From contig JBKAGE010000035.1 of NCBI GenBank assembly GCA_046290225.1, forward strand, positions 448,001-512,000: DNA of 64,000 nucleotides, written 5' to 3'. This DNA comes from Bradymonadia bacterium (GTDB taxonomy: Bacteria > Myxococcota_A > Bradymonadia > UBA7976 > UBA1532). A model generated the notes under the pieces. The model saw only the letters and a program-made list of their open reading frames with translations, did not search any database and had not been told where the DNA came from. Positions 1-9,127 of the stretch are shown here, piece by piece; within the stretch, counting starts at the first letter, position 1; the number at the start of each line of letters is the position of its first letter. Made by a program: the position numbers and the translations under genes.

Positions 1-813
1 ACGAGCGAGGACCCCGGCCTGGTATTGAATGGCAGCCAGAGCGCCAGAGGATGCCAGTCCAGCTTCATGGTGGTCGTAGATGTCGAGCGCGCGATCGAGT
101 TGAGCCTTCGCGAGGCCCATCTGGCCGGTCGTCGAGTAAAGGTGGACCAGTGCAATACAGCGCTGGATGGCCTCGCTGACAGCCCCGACCTGCAATGCTG
201 TGTCAGCGGCTGTTTTCCATGACTTGATCGCCGCTTCGAAGTCCTGGTTCTGAAAATGGATGCGCCCCAGCTCAACCTCGGCCCACATGCGATCCAGACC
301 ACTGAGCCTGTCTCTCGAGTCGTTTAACAGGGACTCTGCTTCTGCGAATTTTCCGGCTCTGCGCAGGGCGATGATCGGCTTCAATTCAGGCACCTGGCTC
401 GGCGCGTGAGCCCAGATCACAGGCCAACGTCGAGCTTGATGCTCACGCTGACTTGCTTCTATCCAGCCATCGCCCTCCCAAGACTCTGGCACGCCCTCGG
501 TGAAGATCCATCGGTACTCTCCGAGCTGGATCTCTTTGAGCGCACCTGCCTCGCGTTCTCCATTGGGCCCCATGAACCATACCGATACAGAGATGGGGCC
601 TGTGCTCAGCTGACCATCCAGCCGGATACGGGGTGTGCGTTGGGCATCGTAGATGGGCAGATAAGCCACACCGCGTTTGACCAGTGTGCGTGCGCCGGCG
701 AGATGGGCCGGCAAAGCTCTTGAAGGCGCTGGAGGTGCAGAGGTGCGCTCAGAGTCGCAGCTGAGTAGAGCGACCGAGAAGAGCATGAGGATCAGATACG
801 AGACACCATACAT
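1..813 (-). CDS. Partial lipoprotein with TPR-like helical repeats (runs off the left edge)
   Basis: Not in ORF track. Manual translation from ATG 813 gives MYGVSYLILMLFSVALLSC (lipobox) and stays open to base 1, with TPR-like segments (ELGRIHFQNQDFEAAIKSWKTA). Confidence 0.7.
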   Translation of the reverse strand, partial: MYGVSYLILMLFSVALLSCDSERTSAPPAPSRALPAHLAGARTLVKRGVAYLPIYDAQRTPRIRLDGQLSTGPISVSVWFMGPNGEREAGALKEIQLGEYRWIFTEGVPESWEGDGWIEASQREHQARRWPVIWAHAPSQVPELKPIIALRRAGKFAEAESLLNDSRDRLSGLDRMWAEVELGRIHFQNQDFEAAIKSWKTAADTALQVGAVSEAIQRCIALVHLYSTTGQMGLAKAQLDRALDIYDHHEAGLASSGALAAIQYQAGVLAR

Positions 814-1066
814 ATCGGGAGGGCTACACTCCGAATCGAGCATCAAGCGGGTGACTGAGTATCGCCCTGATGCCGGCGCTTGTCACCTGTGGGGGGCCAG
901 CGCCTCGCAGAGATGCGGGGGTGCAGAGGCTGGCTGCTCTGGTGGCCACGGCTGGCTCAGCCAGGCCGATCGATTTGTCGTGAATGGCTACTCCAGTGAC
1001 CACTCTCTGGGGAGCAGATCTGCCTGCATCAGGGGATGCTTCAACGGATTTCAAAGGTTTTCAGGC

Positions 1067-1082
1067 TGGATCGACCCTTGCT
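1067..1082 (+). promoter_or_regulatory. Putative sigma54 -24/-12 promoter
   Basis: TGGATCGACCCTTGCT has GG and TTGC at canonical spacing, about 57 bp upstream of ATG 1139. Confidence 0.45.
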
Positions 1083-1138
1083 AACACCACCCGATCTCGA
1101 GCCGCCAGATGCGCGGCAGTGTGACGGGAGGCCTCATC

Positions 1139-4100
1139 ATGAGCCTGAGCAGAACATTTTTATCTCGGGGCGTGGCCCTGATCTTCATCGGGGCCCTCGC
1201 CGTTGGCTGTGCAGGCCAGGACCCCGACAACGACGACATCGACCGTGGCGTCGGTGGTGCTGGTGCCGGTGGTATGGCCGGCGAGGGTGGAGCCGGCGGT
1301 GCTGGCAACCGTGCCGGCGGTGGCCAGTTCGACTGCATCGACAACGATCGTGACGGTTACGGCCGTGGCCCTGGTTGTTTGGGCCCTGACTGCGACGATA
1401 ACGACAACCGCGTGAACCCCGTGGCCGTCGAGCAGTGCAACGGGGTGGACGACGACTGCAACGGGGTGACGGACGACAACCTCATCGCCCCTGATTGTGC
1501 CCAGCAGTTCGGTGTGTGTGCCGGTGCCCGCAAGACCTGTGGTGGCGCCGAGGGCTGGCTCGACTGCAGCGGCCCCGCGAGCTATGGCCCCCAGTACGAA
1601 GGTGGCTCCGAGAGCCTGTGTGATGGCCTCGACAACAACTGCGACGGCCGTACCGACGAGGGCTGCCCCTGCAACCCTGGCCAGTCCCGACCCTGTGGTC
1701 AGGCCGAAGGTGAGTGTCGTCAGGGCGTGCAGAACTGCAGCGACGGCGGCACCTGGGGCGCCTGCGAGAGCGAGGTTGGTCCCCAGAACGAGGTCTGTGA
1801 CGGCCGGGACAATGACTGTGACGGCAACATCGACGAAGAGGTCGGCGCCATGGCGCCCGACTGCGAGCGCACCGCCGGTGTCTGCGCCGGTGCCAGCGCC
1901 CGCTGCCTCGGCCAGCAGGGTTGGGGCGCGTGTGGTGCTCAGGAGTACGGTGAGACCTGGCGCGCCGAAGAAGGTCCTGGCGATTGCGATGGCCTCGACA
2001 ACGACTGCGACGGCAACACCGACGAGTCCTGCAACTGCCAGGATGGCGAGACCCAGCCCTGTGGCAGCAACATCGGCCTGTGCACCCCCGGCACTCAGAC
2101 CTGTGTGAACGGCGCCTTTGGTGAGTGCCGGAACGCTGTTGAGGCGGCCCCCGAGGTGTGCAACGGCGCCGACGATGACTGCGACAGCAACGTGGACGAG
2201 GGTGTCGAAGCCCCCGCCTGCGCCCTGAACCAGGGTGTCTGCGCGGGCGCTGTGCAGGCCTGCAATGGTGAGGCAGGCTTCGCTGAGTGTGATGCCGCCC
2301 GCTACCTGGCTCAGAGCCCCGCTTATGTCGAGGTGGAGACTGCCGAGCACTGTGACGGCCTCGACAATGACTGTGACGGTCTGCAGGACGAAGAGTGCGA
2401 GTGCGTCGACGGCGCCACGCAGGTGTGTGGCGTGAACGTGGGCGCCTGCACCCAGGGTGAGCAGGTCTGTGCCGGTGGCCGCTTCGGCGAGTGCTCCGGT
2501 GTGGCCCCTGTGGCCGAGACCTGTGACGCCGTGGACAACGACTGCGACGGCAACGTCGACGAAGAGATCGAGACCCCTGTGTGCCCCTTGGACCAGGGTG
2601 TTTGTGCCGGCGCCCGTCAGCGCTGCGTCGATGGCGCCTTCGGGGCCTGTGGCGAGCAGGAGTACGGCCCGCAGTACGAGGCCGACGAGGCCAGCTGCGA
2701 TGCCGTGGACAACGACTGTGATGGTGAGGTGGACGAGGGCTGCGGCTGTGTCGACGGCACCGTGCAGTCCTGTGGCAGCAACGAGGGCGCCTGCTCCCAG
2801 GGTACCCAGACCTGCGCCGGCGGTGAGTTCCAGCCCTGTGAGGGGGCCATCGATCCCGTGGACGAGCAATGCAACGGCCTCGACGACGACTGTGACGGCA
2901 ACACCGACGAGGATCTCGTCGGCCCCGCCTGTGCCCTGCAGGTGGGCGTCTGCGCCGGCAGCGTGCAGGTCTGTGGTGGCGAGGGTGGCTTCGCCGCCTG
3001 TGGTGCCGAGCAGTATGGCCCCCGCTACGTCGCCGAAGAGACCGACGCTGATTGTGACGGCGCCGACAACGACTGCGACGGCAACATCGACGAGTCCTGT
3101 GAGTGTGTCGTCGGCCAGCCCCAGCCCGCTTGTGGCACCAACGTCGGCGCCTGCGAGTCCGGGGTGCTGGTGTGCAACAACGGCGTCTTCGGTGAGTGCG
3201 AAGGCGAGGTGCCCCCGGTGGCCGAGCTTTGCGACGGCGTGGACAACGACTGTGATGGCAGCACCGACGAGGACATCCAGGCCCCTGCGTGCGCCCTGCA
3301 GGTGGGCGTCTGCGCAGGCAGCGTGCAGCAGTGCGCCGGTGATCTGGGCTTCGTCGAGTGCGTGAACGAAGAGTACGGCCCCAACTGGGTGGCCGAAGAG
3401 ACCGCCGACAACTGCGACGGCCTCGACAACGACTGCGATCTACTCGTCGACGAGGCCTGCGCGCCCCCGGCGGTGGTCATCAGCGAGATCTACTACGACG
3501 GCCCTGGTCGTGACGGCCCCAACGAGTTCATCGAGCTCGCTGGCCCGCCCGGGCAGCGCCTCAACGGCATGAAGCTCACCGCTTGGAACGGCAACAATGG
3601 TGAGGAGTACGCCGAGATCTCCCTCGACGGGCTGCGGATCCCCTTCAACGGCTTCCTGTTGCTCGTGGACGAGAACGCCAGCGAAATCATGACTGATCTC
3701 GCTGATGCCGTGCTGCCCAACGTCGATCTTCAGAACGGCCCTGACAGCCTCTGGCTCACGTGGAACGAGGACGAGTTGCTCGACGCCGTGGGCTATGGCG
3801 TCTTTGGCGAAGAGGACAACTTCCTCGGCGAGGGCACCCCGGCGCCTGCCGCCGTGGAGCAGAGCATCACCCGTGACGACAACCTCACCGACAGCGATGA
3901 CAATGGCGCCGACTTTGTCACCAGCGGCAACACCGCGGTGGGCGTGCCCACCCCTGGCGGTGCGCCGATCCCCCGGATGCACATCTCACTGCGCTGGGGC
4001 CTCGACGGCACCGACGTCGATCTGCACCTCATCCGTGAGGGTGGGCTGTTCTTCTCGGTACCCGACGACGCTTTCTACGCCAACCGGACCCCCGACTGGG

Positions 4101-4438
4101 GCGTGCTCGGTGACGCCTCGGACAACCCCCGCCTCGACCGAGACGACGTCGACGGCTTGGGGCCCGAATTCATGTTCTATCAGAACCCCGTGCCGGGCCG
4201 TTATCGGGTGGTGATCCACTACTGGGATGCCTTCATCGACGCCATGACCGCAGGGCCTGTGGACGCCACTGTGAAGGTCTTCATCGATGGTGAGCCGACC
4301 CTGACCCTGACGAACACGGTCACTGGTGAGCTGCCCTACTGGGGTGTGGCGGAGATCGCTGTGGGTGAGGATGGGATGATCATGGTTACAGAAGAGAACG
4401 TGATCAGCGCCGACATCTTGGAAGGCCCCCAGCCCTGA
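1139..4438 (+). CDS. Large Cys/Asp-rich surface lipoprotein: 12 MopE-like metal-binding repeats, lamin-tail-like domain, C-terminal YfaP/DUF2135-like domain
   Basis: Lipobox LAVGC; 12 x C(D/N)GxDNDCDGxxDE; VVISEIYYD...NEFIEL (LTD); DVDLHL...LDRDDVDGLGPE; RBS GGAGG before ATG 1139. Confidence 0.85.
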   Translation: MSLSRTFLSRGVALIFIGALAVGCAGQDPDNDDIDRGVGGAGAGGMAGEGGAGGAGNRAGGGQFDCIDNDRDGYGRGPGCLGPDCDDNDNRVNPVAVEQCNGVDDDCNGVTDDNLIAPDCAQQFGVCAGARKTCGGAEGWLDCSGPASYGPQYEGGSESLCDGLDNNCDGRTDEGCPCNPGQSRPCGQAEGECRQGVQNCSDGGTWGACESEVGPQNEVCDGRDNDCDGNIDEEVGAMAPDCERTAGVCAGASARCLGQQGWGACGAQEYGETWRAEEGPGDCDGLDNDCDGNTDESCNCQDGETQPCGSNIGLCTPGTQTCVNGAFGECRNAVEAAPEVCNGADDDCDSNVDEGVEAPACALNQGVCAGAVQACNGEAGFAECDAARYLAQSPAYVEVETAEHCDGLDNDCDGLQDEECECVDGATQVCGVNVGACTQGEQVCAGGRFGECSGVAPVAETCDAVDNDCDGNVDEEIETPVCPLDQGVCAGARQRCVDGAFGACGEQEYGPQYEADEASCDAVDNDCDGEVDEGCGCVDGTVQSCGSNEGACSQGTQTCAGGEFQPCEGAIDPVDEQCNGLDDDCDGNTDEDLVGPACALQVGVCAGSVQVCGGEGGFAACGAEQYGPRYVAEETDADCDGADNDCDGNIDESCECVVGQPQPACGTNVGACESGVLVCNNGVFGECEGEVPPVAELCDGVDNDCDGSTDEDIQAPACALQVGVCAGSVQQCAGDLGFVECVNEEYGPNWVAEETADNCDGLDNDCDLLVDEACAPPAVVISEIYYDGPGRDGPNEFIELAGPPGQRLNGMKLTAWNGNNGEEYAEISLDGLRIPFNGFLLLVDENASEIMTDLADAVLPNVDLQNGPDSLWLTWNEDELLDAVGYGVFGEEDNFLGEGTPAPAAVEQSITRDDNLTDSDDNGADFVTSGNTAVGVPTPGGAPIPRMHISLRWGLDGTDVDLHLIREGGLFFSVPDDAFYANRTPDWGVLGDASDNPRLDRDDVDGLGPEFMFYQNPVPGRYRVVIHYWDAFIDAMTAGPVDATVKVFIDGEPTLTLTNTVTGELPYWGVAEIAVGEDGMIMVTEENVISADILEGPQP

Positions 4439-4442
4439 GCCG

Positions 4443-5708
4443 TCAGAGCGACTTCAGCTGCTCCAAGAAGGCGCTCAAGCGCTGCGAGAGATCAGTCGCT
4501 CGACCATCGAGCGACTGGGCCATCGACAGCAACCCCTGAGCCGACGACTCACCCTGCCTCACCTGATCCGTAGCGCCCTCGAGCTGTCGCGTGGCGTTCT
4601 GATTGTTCATCACAGCCTCGTTGACATTGCGGGAGATCTCCTGGGTGGCAGCCCCCTGCTCTTCAACGGCGGCTGCGATGCCCGTCGAGATGTCACACAG
4701 CTTCTCGATGGTGCCACCAATGCTGTTGATCGCGGTGGCTGCCTGACCGGTTGATCCCTGTATGGCACCGATTTGCTGGGCGATCTCTTCAGTGGCCTTG
4801 GCCGTTTGGCTGGCGAGGTTCTTCACCTCGTCGGCGACGACCGCGAAGCCCTTACCGGCATCACCTGCACGGGCGGCCTCAATGGTGGCGTTGAGTGCCA
4901 GCAAGTTCGTCTGCTCGGCGATCTCCGAGATCAGATTCACCACTTCGCCGATCTTGTCGCTGGCCTGCACGAGGCCTTCGACGATTTGGTGGGTCTGATG
5001 TGCTTCCTCTACGGCGGCTTGCGCCATGGCGGAAGACTCGGAAACCTGACGGCTGATCTCGTTGATCGAAGAGGCCAGCTCTTCCGAGGCTGCGGCCACC
5101 ACCTCGACGTTCTGAGTGGCCTGACCAACCTCAGAAGCAGAGTGGGTGATCTCCGAGGAGCTGCGTTGAGCCTGGCCCACCATGTCTTCGACAGAGCTGC
5201 GAACCCCCTGAGAGGTGCTCGCCACATCATCGACCACCGACTGCACTTCACGTTCGAAGTCGTCGACGGCTTTCACCACATCGGTGGCGATGTTCCAGGT
5301 GAGCACCGCCCAGAAGTAACGGCCACCCTGATCACGGACCGCGTCGATGCGCAGATCCATCCATTGATCACCGAGCTGAATACGGGCCTCGTGGGGCAAC
5401 CTGCTCGGATCTGCGAGCAAGTTGCGCTGGTGTTGAGGGTGCTTGTGAAACACATCGATGGAGACGCCCACCATCTGTCGAGGGTCGACGCCTGATGGCA
5501 GGACATGTCGCAGCTTGGTCAGCTCACGCATGCTCGCTTCATTGATGAACTCGATCATCATCGTCTTTGGATCACATGCGATGATGGGTGTGTTCACGGC
5601 ATTGAGCAAGTGGCCGTATTTGCTCGCATCCTGAGTTTGGGCAGCCGCCTCATCAAACAATTCGATGCCTGACTCTTCAGAGCCGCCACGGCGCATGAAA
5701 CCGAACAT
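4443..5708 (-). CDS. Soluble PAS-domain methyl-accepting chemotaxis protein (Aer2-like PAS)
   Basis: [34 protein letters not shown] signalling hairpin; PAS motif [16 protein letters not shown]; no transmembrane segment; RBS GGAGG before ATG 5708. Confidence 0.9.
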   Translation of the reverse strand: MFGFMRRGGSEESGIELFDEAAAQTQDASKYGHLLNAVNTPIIACDPKTMMIEFINEASMRELTKLRHVLPSGVDPRQMVGVSIDVFHKHPQHQRNLLADPSRLPHEARIQLGDQWMDLRIDAVRDQGGRYFWAVLTWNIATDVVKAVDDFEREVQSVVDDVASTSQGVRSSVEDMVGQAQRSSSEITHSASEVGQATQNVEVVAAASEELASSINEISRQVSESSAMAQAAVEEAHQTHQIVEGLVQASDKIGEVVNLISEIAEQTNLLALNATIEAARAGDAGKGFAVVADEVKNLASQTAKATEEIAQQIGAIQGSTGQAATAINSIGGTIEKLCDISTGIAAAVEEQGAATQEISRNVNEAVMNNQNATRQLEGATDQVRQGESSAQGLLSMAQSLDGRATDLSQRLSAFLEQLKSL

Positions 5709-5977
5709 GAATCCCTCCCAGAGCCTTTTTGGGCGCATCAACCCTGTGCGCTCAACTGACTCTTGAACGGCTGGCTTGAGCTTCGAGGTGAGATCTGGGT
5801 TCTTATTTGATATTGATGATTTTTGATTGTTGCGAATGGGAAACAATGTCTTGGCTCTACTGACCAAAACGAGTCAGTTTCGTGTGTAGAAACCGTAACG
5901 TATGCCGGTCTGATGTGCTGTGAGTCGCTTGATCGAGGGTGGGTCTCGGGCGAGCTCACCCTCGATGTATGACTTGC

Positions 5978-6925
5978 TCAATAGAGGAAGTCGTCGTCCC
6001 CGTCCGAGATGGTGATCCACACGATGGTGTCGGCGGTGATGGCAGGGTTGAGGTTGCTGTGGGCCGTCATCAGCGACTCGGCATGCATCGGGCCGTATGC
6101 GATCACATGGAGAATCTGCTTCACCCACGCATCTTCAGGCTCCACTCGGGCAGAGCTGGAGAGTACGCCGAGCAGCTTGTCGTTGAGTAGATCCTGGGCC
6201 CGCTCCACGGGGTAGGGCATGTCAGGCGGGAAGATGAAGGCTCGGGTGACGCTCACGCCCACCTTGAGGCCGTCGATCTCGGTGAGGAAGTCGGTGATTG
6301 AGCCGGGCTCCGGCCGATAGGCGATGTCGTTTTCGGTCTTGAGCAGCCGGGCCTCTTCACACCGAGCGAGGACTTCGAAGGCAAAGAGCTCGGAGAACTC
6401 GGAGCTGCCGCCGGCATTGCCCGCCTCAAGGATGTCCTGCCCACCATTGGTGAGCAGGTCGAAGTCGCCCTCGTCATAGGGGTCGTCCCCGAAGTCGATG
6501 CGGTTCACCACCACCAGGGGCTCGGGGCTCATGAGCACCTCGGGGGTGAGCACCCCACATGTGCCCTCGATCCGGCCGAAGCCGTCGAGAGGTACGCCGG
6601 GCACCTCCATATCGGGCAGGGCCATATCTGGCGCCGCATCGGGCAGATCCATGTCGGGCACGACACGATCGGGGATCATCATGTCAGGCATCACGCCCAC
6701 CATGGCATCGCGCTGGATCTGCATGTCGGGCCGAGGGCGCGCGGCATCAGGCATGGGGGCGTTGAAGTCCGGGCGATCAGTCGCAGCGTCGAGATCGCCG
6801 GGGTTGGCTGCTCTCGGCCCTGCATCTCTCTCGGTGGAGGATGAGGTCTCACCGTCGTCGCAGCCGGAGACACACACAGCACAGCACAGCATCAACAGGG
6901 CAGGGGAGAGGACCGTCATGGGCAT
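5978..6925 (-). CDS. Lipoprotein with PD-rich linker and an AAC4-like C-terminal domain
   Basis: Lipobox VSGC; motifs NAGGSS..SE, LLKTE..I.Y, GSITD, GVSVTRA. Confidence 0.7.
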   Translation of the reverse strand: MPMTVLSPALLMLCCAVCVSGCDDGETSSSTERDAGPRAANPGDLDAATDRPDFNAPMPDAARPRPDMQIQRDAMVGVMPDMMIPDRVVPDMDLPDAAPDMALPDMEVPGVPLDGFGRIEGTCGVLTPEVLMSPEPLVVVNRIDFGDDPYDEGDFDLLTNGGQDILEAGNAGGSSEFSELFAFEVLARCEEARLLKTENDIAYRPEPGSITDFLTEIDGLKVGVSVTRAFIFPPDMPYPVERAQDLLNDKLLGVLSSSARVEPEDAWVKQILHVIAYGPMHAESLMTAHSNLNPAITADTIVWITISDGDDDFLY

Positions 6926-7100
6926 GGTGGCCTTCCTCGAATGATCTGCGTCGTGTTCTACACTGCAGTGTTCAGCGGGGCAATCGCACGTATATGGACC
7001 ATACCGAAGCCACGAAAAGGCACATCTATGTGCGATTGCCCTGGAAGGTCGGACGACCATGAGTCACAACTGTGATCTCGCACATTCATGGAGCTGATAC

Positions 7101-7574
7101 GTGGCCAATCGACCCGGACGCAATGACCCCTGCCACTGTGGCAGTGGCTTGAAGTACAAGAAATGCCATCTCGCTGCCGACGAGGCTGCTGCCGCTGCGG
7201 CGCGGAAGGCGGTTCAGGTCGAGGCGGAGCCCGGGGCACCCTCCATCACTCAGGCTGCACCGATGAAGACCGTGGAAGATCCCACGGTGAAGACTGCGGT
7301 GCTCATCGGCGCAGCGTCGTTGGTGCTGGCCATCGTCGTGGGCATCATGACCGACGCTTCGACGGGCTTCACCATCGCCGGTGCCGGTGGCCTGATCGCA
7401 CTGCTCTATGCGGGCCTGCGCAACCCGCCTTCACCTCACGAGAACCCCGGGGATCCGGCGGCGCTCAACTTCGGCATGTCTGGCGATGGGCAGGACGACG
7501 ATCAGCAGGGGGCACAACAGCCCCAGGTCCGCCGGCGCCCTCAGGGCCCTCGGCCACCGGCTCGCCGTCGCTGA
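7101..7574 (+). CDS. SEC-C motif membrane protein
   Basis: PGRNDPCHCGSGLKYKKCH followed by two hydrophobic helices. Confidence 0.85.
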   Translation: MANRPGRNDPCHCGSGLKYKKCHLAADEAAAAAARKAVQVEAEPGAPSITQAAPMKTVEDPTVKTAVLIGAASLVLAIVVGIMTDASTGFTIAGAGGLIALLYAGLRNPPSPHENPGDPAALNFGMSGDGQDDDQQGAQQPQVRRRPQGPRPPARRR

Positions 7575-9096
7575 CCTGCTCTACAGCGAACATCCGCTGT
7601 ACGTCGTGCATGATCTCCGCATAGATCGCCGGCGGCAGATCACCCAGTGGGATCAAACTGCGATCGTCGGCCCGCCGTGGAGACGGAAAGTCGTTGTGGG
7701 TGATGGCACTGGGTTGATGCTGCAGGCAGTAGAGCCACTCGACGTCATCGGTGGCCTCGCTGGTGCGCACGACGACGTCGATGGCCCCCGAAGGCCCTGG
7801 CAGCGTGCGCACCCACCCCACGTGCCACCCCATTCGCAACACTGAAGTCCATGGCCCGCCTGCGAAGGCCTCAGGGCGCTCATGGATGTCTCGCCATCGA
7901 ATGCCGTCGAGCCCTCGGTAGACCCGTGATCGCTGCAGGTGGCTCGGGCATGTCTCCATGGGCCGGCCGAGCTGATCGAAGGGCGCTTGGAGGTCGTGAT
8001 ACTCGAAGTGCGCTTGCCACAACCCCACGATCTCAGCGTCAAGGCGGGCAGGGTGAGCGGGGCGTACCCATGTGTGCGGGGTGGTGAACAGCTCGTCATC
8101 TACATTGATGAGTGCGCCGTCCTCTCTGGGTCGGAACGTGCCGACAGGCTGGCCACGATCGTCGAGCGCGGTCCACACCATGTGCCGAGCAGGGCACGCT
8201 CTGAGGGGGTGGTGCAGCATATGGGCGGTGAACCCGCCGGCAGACCACACACGGCCGGAGAGGGTGGCATCTCGGAGTCGGGTACAGATGACTTCGAACG
8301 TGGCGCTCGCTTGATCGGACAACGCTTTGATCCGAGCGCGGTGGCCAGATGAGCCACGGGTGGTGGGGGCGGCGTCGACAGGCTCGCCTTCGAGCCACCA
8401 TCGTAAACCTTTGGGGCTCACGGGCATGGCCTCCACCAGAGGCGGACGCTCCGACAGCCGCCAACGCTGGTCTTGGATGTTGATGGTGGGGGTGGCGTGG
8501 TCGAGCAAGGTGCCGATGGCCACCCGTCGCGCCTGGGCCGCAGCCTCGAGGTGGCCCATGATCGCCTCTGCCAGGGACCTGCGCTGAGCGTCACGAAGTG
8601 TGGGGTAGAGGGCGCCGAGGGCAAAAATGGGCCCCCGTGCATCCGGGCGGGCGGTGATGGCAGCGCCCAGGGCGTCGATGGCGAAGGCGGCCAGTCGACC
8701 CCGCCGCCGTCGGGCCCAACGCAGGACCAGTGGGCAGAAATGGGTCAGCAAGAGTCCGGGGCTCGCCAACGCAGCACAAGGGATCAGCACGAACTTGTCC
8801 CTGACGTCGGCCCCTGCTTTCTGGAACCCTTCGAGCAGGGCTTTGACGAGCAGATCTGCGCCATCGGGCTCGAGCAGAGGCAGACAGCGCGCCAGCGGAT
8901 CACACACCTCGGCCTGGGCCTCCCGTGCCTGAGCGTCGAGCAGCCATGTCAGGACCATCTCCGGCATCAGAAAGCCCGAGCGCCACCCTGGTGTGGGCAA
9001 CGACTCGGGATCGAGCCAGTGTCTGATCTGCGCCTTTACGGGCGCTGCACTGGCTTCCATCACCAGCGCGTCGATGGTCTGTTGGGCGTCGAGCAT
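7465..9096 (-). CDS. DUF4132-domain protein
   Basis: HHPL...MVW...FRPREDG...VRPAHP...W..HF....L.APFDQLGR pattern; RBS GGAGG before ATG 9096. Confidence 0.75.
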   Translation of the reverse strand: MLDAQQTIDALVMEASAAPVKAQIRHWLDPESLPTPGWRSGFLMPEMVLTWLLDAQAREAQAEVCDPLARCLPLLEPDGADLLVKALLEGFQKAGADVRDKFVLIPCAALASPGLLLTHFCPLVLRWARRRRGRLAAFAIDALGAAITARPDARGPIFALGALYPTLRDAQRRSLAEAIMGHLEAAAQARRVAIGTLLDHATPTINIQDQRWRLSERPPLVEAMPVSPKGLRWWLEGEPVDAAPTTRGSSGHRARIKALSDQASATFEVICTRLRDATLSGRVWSAGGFTAHMLHHPLRACPARHMVWTALDDRGQPVGTFRPREDGALINVDDELFTTPHTWVRPAHPARLDAEIVGLWQAHFEYHDLQAPFDQLGRPMETCPSHLQRSRVYRGLDGIRWRDIHERPEAFAGGPWTSVLRMGWHVGWVRTLPGPSGAIDVVVRTSEATDDVEWLYCLQHQPSAITHNDFPSPRRADDRSLIPLGDLPPAIYAEIMHDVQRMFAVEQVSDGEPVAEGPEGAGGPGAVVPPADRRPAHRQTCRS

Positions 9097-9127
9097 GTGA
9101 TCCTCCATTCAGGCAGTGATGTGCCTT

